Origin: Octopus bimaculoides
Lineage: Eukaryota
DNA length: 64,000 nt
Reading direction: 5' to 3'
NCBI RefSeq assembly: GCF_001194135.2
Contig: NC_068982.1
Span: 29,532,356-29,596,355 of the forward strand
Position numbers and translations under genes: made by a program. Positions 37,885 through 50,684 of the stretch are shown piece by piece; position 1 is the first letter of the stretch, and every line of letters begins with the position of its first letter. The notes under the pieces were generated by a model. It saw nothing but the letters and a program-made list of their open reading frames with translations. It was not told the origin of the DNA and did not search any database.

Positions 37885-39670
37885 TACAGAAATATAATTG
37901 AAACCGATGTCAGATGATAGGGCAATTCTTTGGAAGGCATGCTTTGCTACCTTAGTTGAACTCAAATGAAACTTCAGGTAAAGTTGCTGAAGAAATATAA
38001 AACTCCAGAATAAATGTTACTCAGAGAAGAAGCGGAATGATAAAATGGCAAAAAGAGACTAACGAAGATCAACAGCAGTGTCTTCAGCTGAAACAATATC
38101 AGTAAAGTCAGAAGTAACTGTAGAATTGACATTCAGTAACAACAGCAACAACGACAATGACGACAACGACAACAACGATGGCGACAATGAAGACAAGGAA
38201 TCATAACAACAATAACATTAGCAACATTACGATGAGCATAAGTAAATGTTGAAGCAAGAGCCATTCAAAATCACGTTGAGATGACTATCAAAAAAAGAAA
38301 AACACAGAAAGTTCCAAAAACAAACAAAAAAAAATAGAATATGTGCAACAGTATGGAGAATGTGTTCACAGTTGTGTAGATAAGGAAACATCTGTATCTA
38401 TAGTTGATCAATCACCTTGAAATCACACTTTACTATCTAAAAATAAGGTAAGATACTTTGGATAATGCTGAGTCAGATACTCTATACTGGGGGGGGGGGG
38501 AATAAAAGAGGAAAATAAGATGGTCGCAAGGAAAAGATCTTTATAGATTTGATAGGGTCCGTCTGATCTGGAACTAAACAACATGAACTACATGCTACAT
38601 GCATGGGTTTGTGGTTAAGAAGTTTGCTCCACAAGCATATCGTTCGAGGTTCAGTCCCATTGTATGGCATATTAGGTAAGTGTTTTCCTATGATAGTCCT
38701 GGAACAACCGATGCCTTCTGAGTGAGCCCCATAAACAGAAGTTGCAGGAAGACCATTGTACATATAATGTGTGTGTGTGTGCGTGAGTGTGTGTGTGTTT
38801 GTGTGTTTGTGTGTGTGTGTGTATGTGTGTGTTTGTGTGTATGTGCGTGTGTGTGTGTGTGTGTGTGTGTGCGTGTGCGTGTATGCATGTGTGTATATAT
38901 ACATATATTGATGCTGGATTTTATGCTAAAATAAAAACAATTTTACATGAAGCTAAAAGATTACTCTATACTTTTGGCAGAGTACAAATTTATTATTCTC
39001 TAACAAGAATTGATAGTGACTTCGAAGTTCCAGCCAGCTAAGCCATCGTTGGATCTGTGCGTACATATGTATGTATATGAGTTTGGAGGGATATATTATT
39101 TGGGTGGATAGATCTCGTTTGGGTTCCCTTACTTGTCTCTGAACATTAACTAACACCAACTTACTTCAATGAGTTCACTTTGAAGAAGACTTAATGGACA
39201 GACCCTGATGAAACTGCACTGACGATTTCGCAAGGTTGCATCTACAACAATGAGTAGCTACTGCAGTGGAAGCACATGTAGGTCATTGTAATATACTGTA
39301 TATAAATATGAAATAAATTTTATGGATGTACGAGTCTCCATACTCCTTGTTATTGTTAATACTTATATATATGTGTGTGTGTGTGTATATANNNNNNNNN
39401 NNNNNNNNNNNNNNNNNNNNNNNNNNNNNNNNNNNNNNNNNNNNNNNNNNNNNNNNNNNNNNNNNNNNNNNNNNNNNNNNNNNNNNNNNNNNNNNNNNNN
39501 NNNNNNNNNNNNNNNNNNNNNNNNNNNNNNNNNNNNNNNNNNNNNNNNNNNNNNNNNNNNNNNNNNNNNNNNNNNNNNNNNNNNNNNNNNNNNNNNNNNN
39601 NNNNNNNNNNAAATGAGTCATGCAACATAAAAAATATTTCCCTTCTTCAGTTGTCCCTGTTCCATCAATT

Positions 39671-39712
<42 letters not shown>

Positions 39713-39714
39713 CC

Positions 39715-40110
39715 TTTGAATGAAGAGCACATGGAATCTACATCTGAACACTTTCCATTTGTAACGACAAAATATGAACTCTTATTGGAACTTTCATGCT
39801 ACAGACAAGAAGCATTTTTACCATTTCTACACACCACATTTCTTGGATAATGGAACTGCAACTATAACATCTTTATATATTTTTATTTTTACATTCATTC
39901 TCCTATTTCGCTATATACTCCCTATTTCCTTCCTTTTCCAAAATAACTCCTTATATTGAACTCTAGTACTTCCCTCTATTCAACCATCTCACATCATCTC
40001 TGATGAAGGGATATCCCTAATATCCCAGAAACAACTGTAAGACTAACTTTCTCTTTATAAATGTCCTGAAAATTCCACACAGCCTTGGCTTTGTTGTCTC
40101 ATTTTATTTA
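39715..40110 (+). mobile_element. Penelope-like element 3' end (possible GIY-YIG C-terminal relic plus terminal repeat)
   Basis: Translation ..TSEHF..LLE..RQEAFLPFLHTTFLG*WN loosely fits the PLE endonuclease tail (EHF..E.F.I..L.T..P.G.N). A pyrimidine-rich UTR and a hammerhead-like motif follow. Confidence 0.55.
39997..40042 (+). ncRNA. Minimal type I hammerhead-like motif (variant)
   Basis: TCT CTGATGA A GGGATAT-CCCTA-ATATCCC A GAAA C AACT G TA AGA: 3-bp stem I, perfect 7-bp stem II, intact CUGAUGA and GAAA, GUA triplet. Non-canonical A/A at the base of stem II; stem III is one change from the palindrome ACAGCTGT. Confidence 0.65.
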
Positions 40111-40114
40111 ACAT

Positions 40115-40156
<42 letters not shown>

Positions 40157-42179
40157 TCACATTTGTATGTCTGTACATGTGTGTATATGCATGTGTTTAT
40201 GTGAGTAAGTGTGCATGGATGTTCATATTGAATGTTTATTGGTACTTGAGAAAGATGGTAATGATTTTGAGATTTTTAGTTGATATTATGACTGGTTGCT
40301 CAGCATTTTTAATGGACAGGGCAATAAAAAAAAATTTTTCACTTTGGAAAGAAATAACGGTTGGCAACAAGAAGCGCATCCAGCTGTAAACTCATATTTC
40401 AAACAACTTCCTGTCTTATTCATTCAATAACAAATGAACCCTATACTTTTTAAGATGAAGACAGAATGTACAGATGTAGCCAAAAGTTTGGAACATTTGT
40501 TATGCTGAAGTTCAATCGAATTCAAATATATACAGTATAGAGATGTACTTACCTAGTATCTGATCCAATGGTTCAATTAGAAAATATTGAATCAGTTATT
40601 AGGTAAGTATATCTCTGTTGCATATATTTGAATCGGATAGTACTCAGGCATAACAATTCTAATTTTTTAAAAAATGTTCCCAGCTTTTGGCCACAACTGT
40701 ATTAAATCCAAAAATGTTGAAGCTACATACTTATAAGACAGATAGGATTTGCAGCAACTAGAAACACTGAGTGCTTTGTTAATTTTGATGGTTTTGTTTC
40801 TGCCATGAGTCTGCTCAAGCAGAACTAACATGGCTTACTAAATAACAACAACAACAACTGCAGCTAAAACAACTATAAAAACAACTAGTAGTAATAACTG
40901 AGGTAGTAGTTTTGTATCAAAGCAATAACTGCTAAAACAGCAACGACATCAGCAAGTACAACAGGAACGACAATGTTATTAGAAGCAAAATCAACAGCAA
41001 CATAACAAGATTCAATAATACTCTAGAAACGGAAAAAAAAACAAGAAATGAAAATAAACAAAAGCCACAACCATGATTAGTCTGTTTCCTACTTTAAATG
41101 TTGACTAATTCCCTATATCTCACGAGAAACAAATCTTTATGTTTTATTATCCAAAAATCCAGCAAAATATCTTGGCTTTCCTTATGAATAGCAATTTTTT
41201 CCCTTTTTTTTTTCTTTAATTTTTATGAAATTTTATATTATTTCATCTTTTATTTGCTTGTTTATTTATTCCATTTTTTTTTCAGGATTTACACTTATCA
41301 CTTTTACATATTCTATTACTCTTCTTTACCATTCTCATCCCTATCATCGTCATCATCATCCTCATCATCATAACCACCACCACCACCAACATCATCACCA
41401 TCAGCATTATCATGATTATGATCATGATCATCATCATCGTCATGATCATCATCATCATCATCATCATGGTCATCATCGTTAACACCACCACCACCACCAT
41501 CATCTTTATTATCATCATCATCTTTGTTGCTCTAGAATTTTCTTTCTTTTTAAAAGAGAAACGGTGAAATGAAGAAGATTTTGCACAGGGAGGTGTTGGA
41601 GCAGCATAGAATATTTCTTTTAATTTTCGCATGCTGATGAGTTGTTCATTCATCTAATGCTCTTCATCATAATATGTGTTTATAAATATTTTAGGAAAGA
41701 AAACTTATGTCAAGAGAAAGAAAATTCAGAACAGAAAGTAAAAAAAATAAATAAATAAATAAATAAATAAGAAGCTGCATAATATAAAGGGATCGAAAAA
41801 ATTCTTATAAACTACAAATGGTTTGATGATGATGCTGATGAAGATGATGGTGATGATGATGATAATGATGGTGATAACGATGATGATGACGGTAAAGATG
41901 ACAATAATAATATTAATAAAACCATAATATTTCTAACATCTTTATAATAATTGTTTCTAAACTACTAGTAGTAGTAGTAGTAGTAGTAGTAGTAGAGAAT
42001 AACAACTATGATAACAACATACATAATGAAATAATAACAATAACAATAATAAGCAAACGAGGAAGAATATAAAGAAAAACAGAAAATATTTTAAAATAAT
42101 ACCAACACCACGCTGGTGTTTTAATGATAATGCTAACAGTAATAATAAAAAAAAAATATTTTTTTTAAATGATGATGAA

Positions 42180-42215
<36 letters not shown>

Positions 42216-43667
42216 GATCATGATCATGATAAACAAAATCAATAATTGAAATTAAGAACTCAATAAATATATCTTGCAAAATAAATCTNNNNNNNNNNNN
42301 NNNNNNNNNNNNNNNNNNNNNNNNNNNNNNNNNNNNNNNNNNNNNNNNNNNNNNNNNNNNNNNNNNNNNNNNNNNNNNNNNNNNNNNNNNNNNNNNNNNN
42401 NNNNNNNNNNNNNNNNNNNNNNNNNNNNNNNNNNNNNNNNNNNNNNNNNNNNNNNNNNNNNNNNNNNNNNNNNNNNNNNNNNNNNNNNNNNNNNNNNNNN
42501 NNNNNNNNNNNNNNNNNNNNNNNNNNNNNNNNNNNNNNNNNNNNNNNNNNNNNNNNNNNNNNNNNNNNNNNNNNNNNNNNNNNNNNNNNNNNNNNNNNNN
42601 NNNNNNNNNNNNNNNNNNNNNNNNNNNNNNNNNNNNNNNNNNNNNNNNNNNNNNNNNNNNNNNNNNNNNNNNNNNNNNNNNNTATATATATATATATATT
42701 TTTTCAGTAGCAGTTTGAGGCAAAAATGCAATTTATTTATGAGTAGGTGTACATGAAAGTGAAGAAAACGAGAAATGAAACAAGAAGTTGTGACAATGTT
42801 TTTGCACATATTTGCAAGTATGTAATTGTGTTTTTCTTTCTTTTTCAATAGATTAATTATTTTTATTTATTTTATTTTTTTAATCAACAAGTGCCTCCTT
42901 CGGGATTGGAAATATGATAAAATTAGAACTTTGTCGATCTTTGCAAGCATAAACAAAGAATCATATGAGTGAAAGTAATAACATCATGCAGTAGATTAGA
43001 AATAGGAAATTTCAGAAATAAGACAGAAAAAAATAAAGAAATAGAAATACATGCACACATTCTGAGAGTGTGTCTGTCTGTCTGTCTGCCTGTATGTCTC
43101 TTTCTCTCTCTCTCTCTCTCTCACACATGCATACACACACAGCTAGACAGATAGATACATAAATAAGAACACAAAACCAATAAGAGAGCCTTATGTTCAA
43201 GTAGTCACTAGAACAATCAAAAATAGCAGTCAAATTTCTCAAACCTGACCACTACACACACACAGGCTCATATATATATATATATATATATANNNNNNNN
43301 NNNNNNNNNNNNNNNNNNNNNNNNNNNNNNNNNNNNNNNNNNNNNNNNNNNNNNNNNNNNNNNNNNNNNNNNNNNNNNNNNNNNNNNNNNNNNNNNNNNN
43401 NNNNNNNNNNNNNNNNNNNNNNNNNNNNNNNNNNNNNNNNNNNNNNNNNNNNNNNNNNNNNNNNNNNNNNNNNNNNNNNNNNNNNNNNNNNNNNNNNNNN
43501 NNNNNNNNNNNNNNNNNNNNNNNNNNNNNNNNNNNNNNNNNNNNNNNNNNNNNNNNNNNNNNNNNNNNNNNNNNNNNNNNNNNNNNNNNNNNNNNNNNNN
43601 NNNNNNNNNNNNNNNNNNNNNNNNNNNNNNNNNNNNNNNNNNNNNNNNNNNNNNNNNNNNNNNNNNN

Positions 43668-43706
<39 letters not shown>

Positions 43707-43855
43707 TGTGTATGTATGTATCAAACCAATGGTGTTCTGGGGGCTAATTCTTCTTTCACTTTCTGGAGTTAGACTTGGAGAAGGATAAGCCATGCCAGAA
43801 TTTACAAAAATGCCCAAGATATGCTTATATATCAAGGAGGTATTCCTTACAGTGA

Positions 43856-44177
43856 AGGTGTGAGGCTTGATGGCTAAGGTATTTGGCTCATGATCATAAG
43901 GTTGTGAGTTCAATTCCCAGTGATGCACTGTATGCCTGAGCAAGACACTTTATTTCATGTTGCTCCACTCCACTCAGCTGGCAGAAATGAGTAGTACCTG
44001 TGTTTAAAAGGGTCAGTCTTTGTCACTCTCTGTGTCACGCTGAATCTCCTTGAAAACTATGTTAAGGGTATACGTGTCTGTGAAGTGCTCAGCCACATGC
44101 ATGTTAATTTCTCAAGCTGACTGTTCCATTGACCAGATCAACTGGAACCCTTGTCGTCATAGGTGATGGAGTGCCAG
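43856..44177 (+). mobile_element. SINE family D, full length
   Basis: Head GGTGTGAGGCTTGATGGCTAAGG..GAGTTCAATTCCC, body CCTGAGCAAGACACTTTATTTCA, 3' end GATCAACTGGAACCCTTGTCGTCATAGGTGATGGAGTGCCA. Confidence 0.85.
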
Positions 44178-44599
44178 TTTTTTATTCTTTACAAGTGGAC
44201 TGGGAGGGCTTAAAGCAAGACACAGTTGGAAATATGATAGTAAATTCTGTGATTCAGAGTATCAACTAGTATTTGTACTGATTTTCTACTCCCTGAGTTC
44301 AAATCCCACTAAGGTACACACAATAAAAAATAGTTTTAGAAATCAAGAAAATCTCAAACACAGAAGAATAACTAATGAACACGGCTTTAGAAAATTGGGT
44401 AAAAATACTCCTATAAAAGGGAAAAAAGGGGCCAGTGGCTGCTACAGGGAATCAAATTCTGTACCATTCAAATTCCAACTGAGCACTCTGTACCATTGAG
44501 CTAAAGAACCCTATCAAATACAATTTGACTAATTTGTCACCCTTGAAATGTGGGTTGTCCTGGGTTGAGATGTGTTGCTGTACAAATCAGTTTTGAAAG

Positions 44600-45030
44600 A
44601 AAAACAATGAAACCAAATTATTTTTACCCGGTCATCAAATGTGTAACTGAATTCTTCAGAAACTTCAATATCTGTTGACTTCTTTTCGCTAGACAGATTA
44701 AGTTTACAAATACCATATCTAAATCACCGAACTGTAAACACACAAGTGTCTGTGATACCTGTATCCTTGTGTGATTGCTTGGCATTTGCAATGATTACTA
44801 TCTCTAAAACTGGCTTACTCACAGATTGCTTTGCACAAAAACCACTTAAATAACACAATATCTACTTCTGAAAGACTTCCTTCATTTTTGTTTTTTCCCA
44901 CACATCACCCATTTCTTGTCTCTGGATCAGCTGCAAATTGGATTAACTTCTCTTTTTGTTTCATAATGTCATAAATTCTTTGAGAACATTCGTTATATCC
45001 TCACACAACAATTGCATTTCAGTTTTTACT
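44600..45030 (-). pseudogene. Tigger/pogo-family (Jerky/TIGD-like) transposase relic, CENP-B-type HTH region
   Basis: Minus strand with stops and frameshifts: IYDIMKQKEKLIQFAA..LSEVDIVLFKWF..KPVLEIVIIANAKQSHKDTGITDTCVFT..RYGICKLNLSSEKKSTD, matching the pogo pattern YDI.KQKEKL..D.VL..WF..PVSG..KAK..C.FS.GW..RHGI..L..GEK.SAD. Confidence 0.75.
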
Positions 45031-45889
45031 GTTGATTACAAATGCTGTAATATTTCAATTTCAAGGTGTGATATGAGAGTTAGATGCTTTCTTTGTACAA
45101 CTTTCCCATATTGGTTAATTTTATGAACACTGGAATTCAGATTTACAAATGGATGAACAATATAAATAGATAAAGGCAGATACAGAACACCTAAGTACTA
45201 GCCACTTATTTTCTACTCAAAAGTAAAGGTATTGAGGAAAAAAAAAAGTGAAGCACAAGAAAGTGTTAAGCAATCAAATCTGCTTGGACTATTGGATACA
45301 AGATCAGTAAAATTTTAGTGTACACTCTGTTAAGTGGCTGGCATTAGGAAGGGCATCTAGCTGTGGAAACCTTGCCAAAGCTGATACTGGAGCCCAATGC
45401 AGTTCTCTGGCTAGTCAGATCTTATCGAGCCATCTGACTCATACCAACATAATAAAGTCCTCTGCTGTAACCTTGGGGTATAGTAGAGGACATTTGCCAA
45501 CTGACTATATGGTTTAAAAGCGGACTGCTTAACATCACAGCTATGACTGCACTTATAAAATATTTTGACTAGAAAAAATAAATAAAAAAAGGGAAATCAA
45601 AATGAAGAATTGGATGCTTAGAATTTAAAGAGAATAATTTTTGAACCTGAAATTTATGGAAGTGTACAGAGACAAAGAGAGAAACTCAGTTTCATAATTA
45701 CATCTCATACTCTGAGTAAATACAACAAAAACAGCCAGCCAATCACTTGCAAGGGAGTATGGCTTAGTAGCATGTATCATATTTTCATTCTTTTAGGCGC
45801 TTATGTAGTTGCAAACAGACATAGACACTTGCTTGGCCCCTTCACCTTTCTTTAAGCAAGCCATCTAGGATGTAACAATAGCAGGAAGA

Positions 45890-46038
45890 GAGAGGGGGGA
45901 GGGAGAGAAAGAGAGGAAGAGGGAGGGGAGAGAGAAAGATAGATAGATTGATTGATAGAGGGAGAAAGAGAGGGAGGGAGAAATAAAGAGAAGGAGAGAG
46001 AGAAAGAAAGAGAGGCAGAGAGAGAGAGAGAAAAAGAA

Positions 46039-46070
<32 letters not shown>

Positions 46071-46110
46071 GAGGTAGAGAGAAAGATAGATAGATTGATT
46101 GATAGAAGAC
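45890..46110. repeat. Polypurine (GA)n/(GATA)n tract
   Basis: About 220 bp almost exclusively A and G. Confidence 0.9.
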
Positions 46111-46148
46111 TATATAAATTCCATTTATTTTATTAATACTATATATAT

Positions 46149-46503
46149 CATCATCATCATCATCGTTTAACGTCCGCTTTCCATGCTAGCATGGGTTGGA
46201 CGATTTGACCGAGGATTGGTGGACCAGGAGGCGACACCAGGCTCCAATCTGATTTGGCAGAGTTTCTACAGCTGGATGCCCTTCCTAACGCCAACCACTC
46301 CGAGAGTGTAGTGGGTGCTTTTACGTGCCACCGGCATGAAGGCCAGTCAGGCGGTACTGGCAATGACCACGCTTAAAATGGTGTATTTTATGTGCCACCC
46401 GCACAAGAGCCAGTCCAGGGGCACTGGCAACGATCTCGCTCGAAAGTCCTTACACATGCCACGGGCATAAGTGGCAGAAAGGCAACGCTGGGCACAGGTG
46501 CCA
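46149..46503 (-). mobile_element. Family C RTE-type 3' UTR copy, long and young
   Basis: Longest C copy, CpG-rich, with internal GTGCCACC..GCAC..CCAGTC..GGCA(A/C) subrepeats; tail abuts ATATATAT. Confidence 0.9.
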
Positions 46504-46523
46504 TGTTTACCTTTCTGAATATA

Positions 46524-46575
<52 letters not shown>

Positions 46576-48812
46576 TGTCAAGTCTAATTGTATTTATCTG
46601 CATCACTACATCCATGCATATGCACACATATATGATGGATTTCTTTTAGTTTCCGTCAATCAGATCCACTCAAAAGGCTTGACATTGTTTGGTCTGCCCA
46701 AGGCTACAGGGGAAGACACTTGCCAAAAGTGCCATGTAGCGAGTCTGAACTTGGACCCATATGACTGGGAAGCAAACTTTTTACCACACAGCCACAATAA
46801 AATGTAATAATTAACCACCAGAGCAAAGTTTAAGAGTTATCAGTAGCAACTGGTAGTACCATAAATCATTCATATTGGATACCATTTATTCCTTAAATAA
46901 ATAATAATAGTGCTCCAGAATGGCCACAAGAACTAGCTAAAATCAGAAAAATAATAAAAGGAGGAAGTAATAAAGATAAAACGACAAGGCACTCAAACTG
47001 TTTTCCACTTGACTAATGTTACATTTTCTAACATGACCAATGTTTCATTGACAACCAGTAAAAACTTATTGTCAGTGATATGACAAATTTGAAATGTTAA
47101 ATCTACTACTGAGAGAGAAAAAGGGAAATCAGTAAATATTTTGCCAGAAGTAATGTTTTATTTCATTCTGTGGTAGTTTTATGATACAAACATTATGTAT
47201 AAACTTGTGTGGAGGTAGGGGTCAAATTATTTTTCAGCATATACTTAAGTATGAATGTTATGTATGTGCATATATATATATATATATACTGTTTCACACA
47301 CACACACACACACATCTTTTATTGTTTATGTGTTTCAGTCATTAGACTGCAGCCATGCTGGGGCACCCCGTTAAGAAATTTTTAGTTGAATGAACCAATC
47401 CCAGTACTTATTTTTTTCAACCTTGTACTTATTTTATTTGTCTCTTTTGCTGAAGCCACTTACCATAAAGTGGTAAAAAGAAAGCACCAATCTTGAATGA
47501 ATTTCATTTAAGAATCAAGAGAACCAAAAGTAAACACTGTAAAGGATGTAAGACAATGTTGGCCTTGACCTTTCATCCCTCCAGAGCATCATAGAGTAAA
47601 GTACCAGTCATGTACTTGGGTTGATGTAATCAACTATTCTCCTCCCCCCAAAATTTTGCCAAAATTTGAAACAGTAAAGGTGGAAAGCAGGCAGAACCAT
47701 TGGTGCATTGAAGAAAATGCATTGAGTCATTTCCTATGTTGTGTCCTGCTCCTGCTGAGGTCCACTTTGCCATTCATCTTTTCGATGTTTGATAACATAA
47801 AGTACCAGTCTATTCTTGGAGTTCATATAATTGGAAACCTCCTCCCTTTAAAATTACTGGCCCTTGGACCAAAATTTTAAATAATTCTTCTTCTTATAAT
47901 TTTTGAAAAGAAAGAATACTGCAAGAGTAACAACAAGTGATGTTCTTAGGAAGGACAATGTATTTGATACAGTTCTTTTGATAAATTTCTTGGTTATAAG
48001 CAGAGGGTTAAAAAAAGTTATGATGGAATTGAAATATAAAGGAAAAACCTAGTCAAATGGGAATGATTTAACAAAAGTATAGAGAAACCTAGAATAGTTT
48101 CAGTTACAAAGTGTGTAATGACTGTAGTTTGATTTAGCAAAGTACATATAGAGATGCTTGACAGAATAATTTTCTGAATCTCAAGAGAAAATATTCATGC
48201 AAGAGATGAAAGGTTATTTCCCGAGGAAAAAAAAATAAAAATGCTGTTAGAAACGTTGAATATGGTTGAGTATGAAAGATATATTTACTAGAAAACAAAA
48301 GTGAATGTGGTATGATTTATAGTGATGAAAAAGTAAATGGATGAAGAACTACAAAGGAAAGAAAAATGAAAAATGAATAATATTCCGTTAAAATAAAAGT
48401 AAAAATATTTGCTAAAAAGAACAAACTTAGTTGATGTAGAGAAGAGAGAATTTGGTTGAGAGGTCTGATTGAGTTGGTAAAGGATGATTGGAAGGAAATC
48501 TGGTAAAATTTGAAAACTGTAAAAGCTGGTGAGATATGAAAAAAATATATAACCAACAAAATGGCAAAAGATATTAAGAAGTAAGACTTTAGCAGTATTA
48601 AGATAAATCTCCAGAAAGGGAAATATTTAAGAGCTTAGGTCACAAAAGCTGTGGACAGCTAAGCCGTAACATGAATTTGGGGAAAAATTTGTCATATCAC
48701 CAATTTACAATATCATAAGTTGTTATATGAACACTGAAGAAACTGAAAAAGATATAGGTTATATCAGATTTATACATGATATGCAAAAGAAGCAGAAAAA
48801 CTGTTCAAATTT

Positions 48813-49580
48813 GCATTTTGGATCTAAAATACTGATGCTGAAGGCCATAATAATTTATTGGTGTTTCTGTGAGTGGCTTTGGCAAAGAATAAGGATTGAT
48901 TAAAAGAAACTGGTATGACAGATAAGCCAAACTGGAGAAACAAGGAAAGAAACTGTACTGGGAATTAAGCATATCATACGTGTACATCCAGATTAACCAT
49001 TAGAAAATACATGCAAGTGCTTAGAACATAATGGGAAATGGAAACTACAAAGTTTTTCCAGAGCTGGATTTACCTTGCTACAAATGGTAAATTATGACAG
49101 ATTTTTAATAAATATAAATCTTGAAATTTTCATTTTTCCTGTTTTCCTACAAATAAGTAAATAATTTGTTTAGATTGTTTAGTACTAATTACTGTTAAAA
49201 ATAGGAAATTTTAAAAATAGGTTTATATAGTTGTGAGGTCTAAATTAGGGGATGCCTGGAAGGAAGTGGAATTTTTAATCTGAAATTATGCATGTGACCA
49301 TTTCTCATACTTTATTGCAGTGCCATTTAAGTAATAGAAAAGTCAGTTGGGTAGGCATTGTTGGGTTGTGCCTCGAGCTTCAGCTGGCTTTAATTTGGTT
49401 CTGTTTGTGGAAAACTACAACTATTACAATTCTAGATTTAATTTTGCAAAGAATTTGTCAAAAATGCTCATGGATTATTAATAGAGTCAGTACCAGGGAG
49501 AAACAAATGAAAAATAGTAGAAGAATAGCAGAAAAGGAGCAAACAGCAAAAACTGATCTTTGAAGCATTTGAAATGAAAG

Positions 49581-49619
<39 letters not shown>

Positions 49620-50283
49620 TTAGTGTCTGCTTTCCGTGCTGGCATGGGTTAGACAGTTTGACTGAAACTGGTAACCAACAAGTTTCAGTCTGATTAGATA
49701 TAGTTTCAACGGCTGAATGCCCTTCCTAACACCAACCACTCTGAGAGAGTAATGGGTGGTTTTCACATGTCACCAGCATGGGTGCCAGCTACATGACACC
49801 GGCATTAGCCACAATTATGGTCTCACTTGGCTTGACAAGTCTTCTCAAACACAGCATATTTTACCAAAGATCTCAGTTGCTTGTCATCACCTTCATGATG
49901 CCCACCATTTGAAGATCAAGCTTCACCACCTTGTCCCATGTCTTCTTGGATCTATCTCTTCCATAGCTTCTCTCACACAGAGTATGTCTGTGTGAAAGTG
50001 TGTCACAATGTTTAGTAGGGTAGTTTGAAGAAGAGCCAACGCTGAAACCTGGATGAAGTACAAAAGAAGATGCAGAAGCTGACTCCATGGTAGTAATATA
50101 CTGGAAGTCAAACAAGACAATGATAGTTTATATTCTGCCGTCAGTACAATGCCGTGCCTGTGTCCAAGACACTTAGCATTTTGAATCTAAAATACTGATA
50201 TTGAAGGCCATAATAATTTATTGGTGTTTCTGACTGTGGCTTTGGCAAAGAATAAGGATTGAATAAAAGAAACTGGTGTGACA
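48813..50283 (+). repeat. 108-bp direct repeat pair (48813-48920 and 50176-50283)
   Basis: GCATTTTG(G/A)ATCTAAAATACTGAT..GAAGGCCATAATAATTTATTGGTGTTTCTG..GTGGCTTTGGCAAAGAATAAGGATTGA.TAAAAGAAACTGGT.TGACA; about 8 differences; 1363 bp apart. Confidence 0.9.
49583..50000 (-). mobile_element. RTE LINE 3' end: ORF2 C-terminus joined to a family-C-type UTR and (GAT)n tail
   Basis: Minus strand SYGRDRSKKTWDKVVKLDLQMVGIMKVMTSN*DLW..YAVFEKTCQAK* (RTE pattern GR.R.TW...V..DL......DR..W) runs directly into GTGGTTGGTGTTAGGAAGGGCATTCAGC..CCATGCCAGCACGGAAAGCAGACACTAAATGATGATG. Confidence 0.8.
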
Positions 50284-50515
50284 TGGTTTAGTGGTTAGGG
50301 TGTTTGACTCATGATCATAAGATTGTAGTTTCGATTCCTCAACCAGGTGATGCATTGTTCTTGAGCAAAACACTTCGTATCACGTTGCTCCAGTCCACTA
50401 AGCTGACAAAAATGAGTAATCCTGTGACAGATCAGTATCCCATCCAGGTGGGGAATATATATGCCATGAATCTGGGAAACATATCCCTTATGAGTCAGCA
50501 TGACTTGAGAAGGTA
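50277..50515 (+). mobile_element. SINE with a family-D-like tRNA head and a different 3' half
   Basis: GTGTGACATGGTTTAGTGGTTAGGG..AGTTTCGATTCC..CTTGAGCAAAACACTT..CTCCAGTCCACTAAGCTGACAAAAATGAGTA, then diverges from 43856. Confidence 0.7.
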
Positions 50516-50684
50516 ATCTTACTTTTACTTAGTTATCCAATGACACACTCCACCTGGCTGTAAAATATGTAACACAAGATATAAAGAACCAGGGTCATCT
50601 TAGCCATATTATAGGTCCCTGGGCAAATCAATGCATAGGTGCTATAGTATCCATTATGTGTAGATCAGAATTGAGCCCCTAGAC

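Noticed and set aside
39175-39240. TGAAGA..CTGATGAAACTGCAC as another hammerhead
   Set aside because: No consistent stem II or stem I can be drawn.
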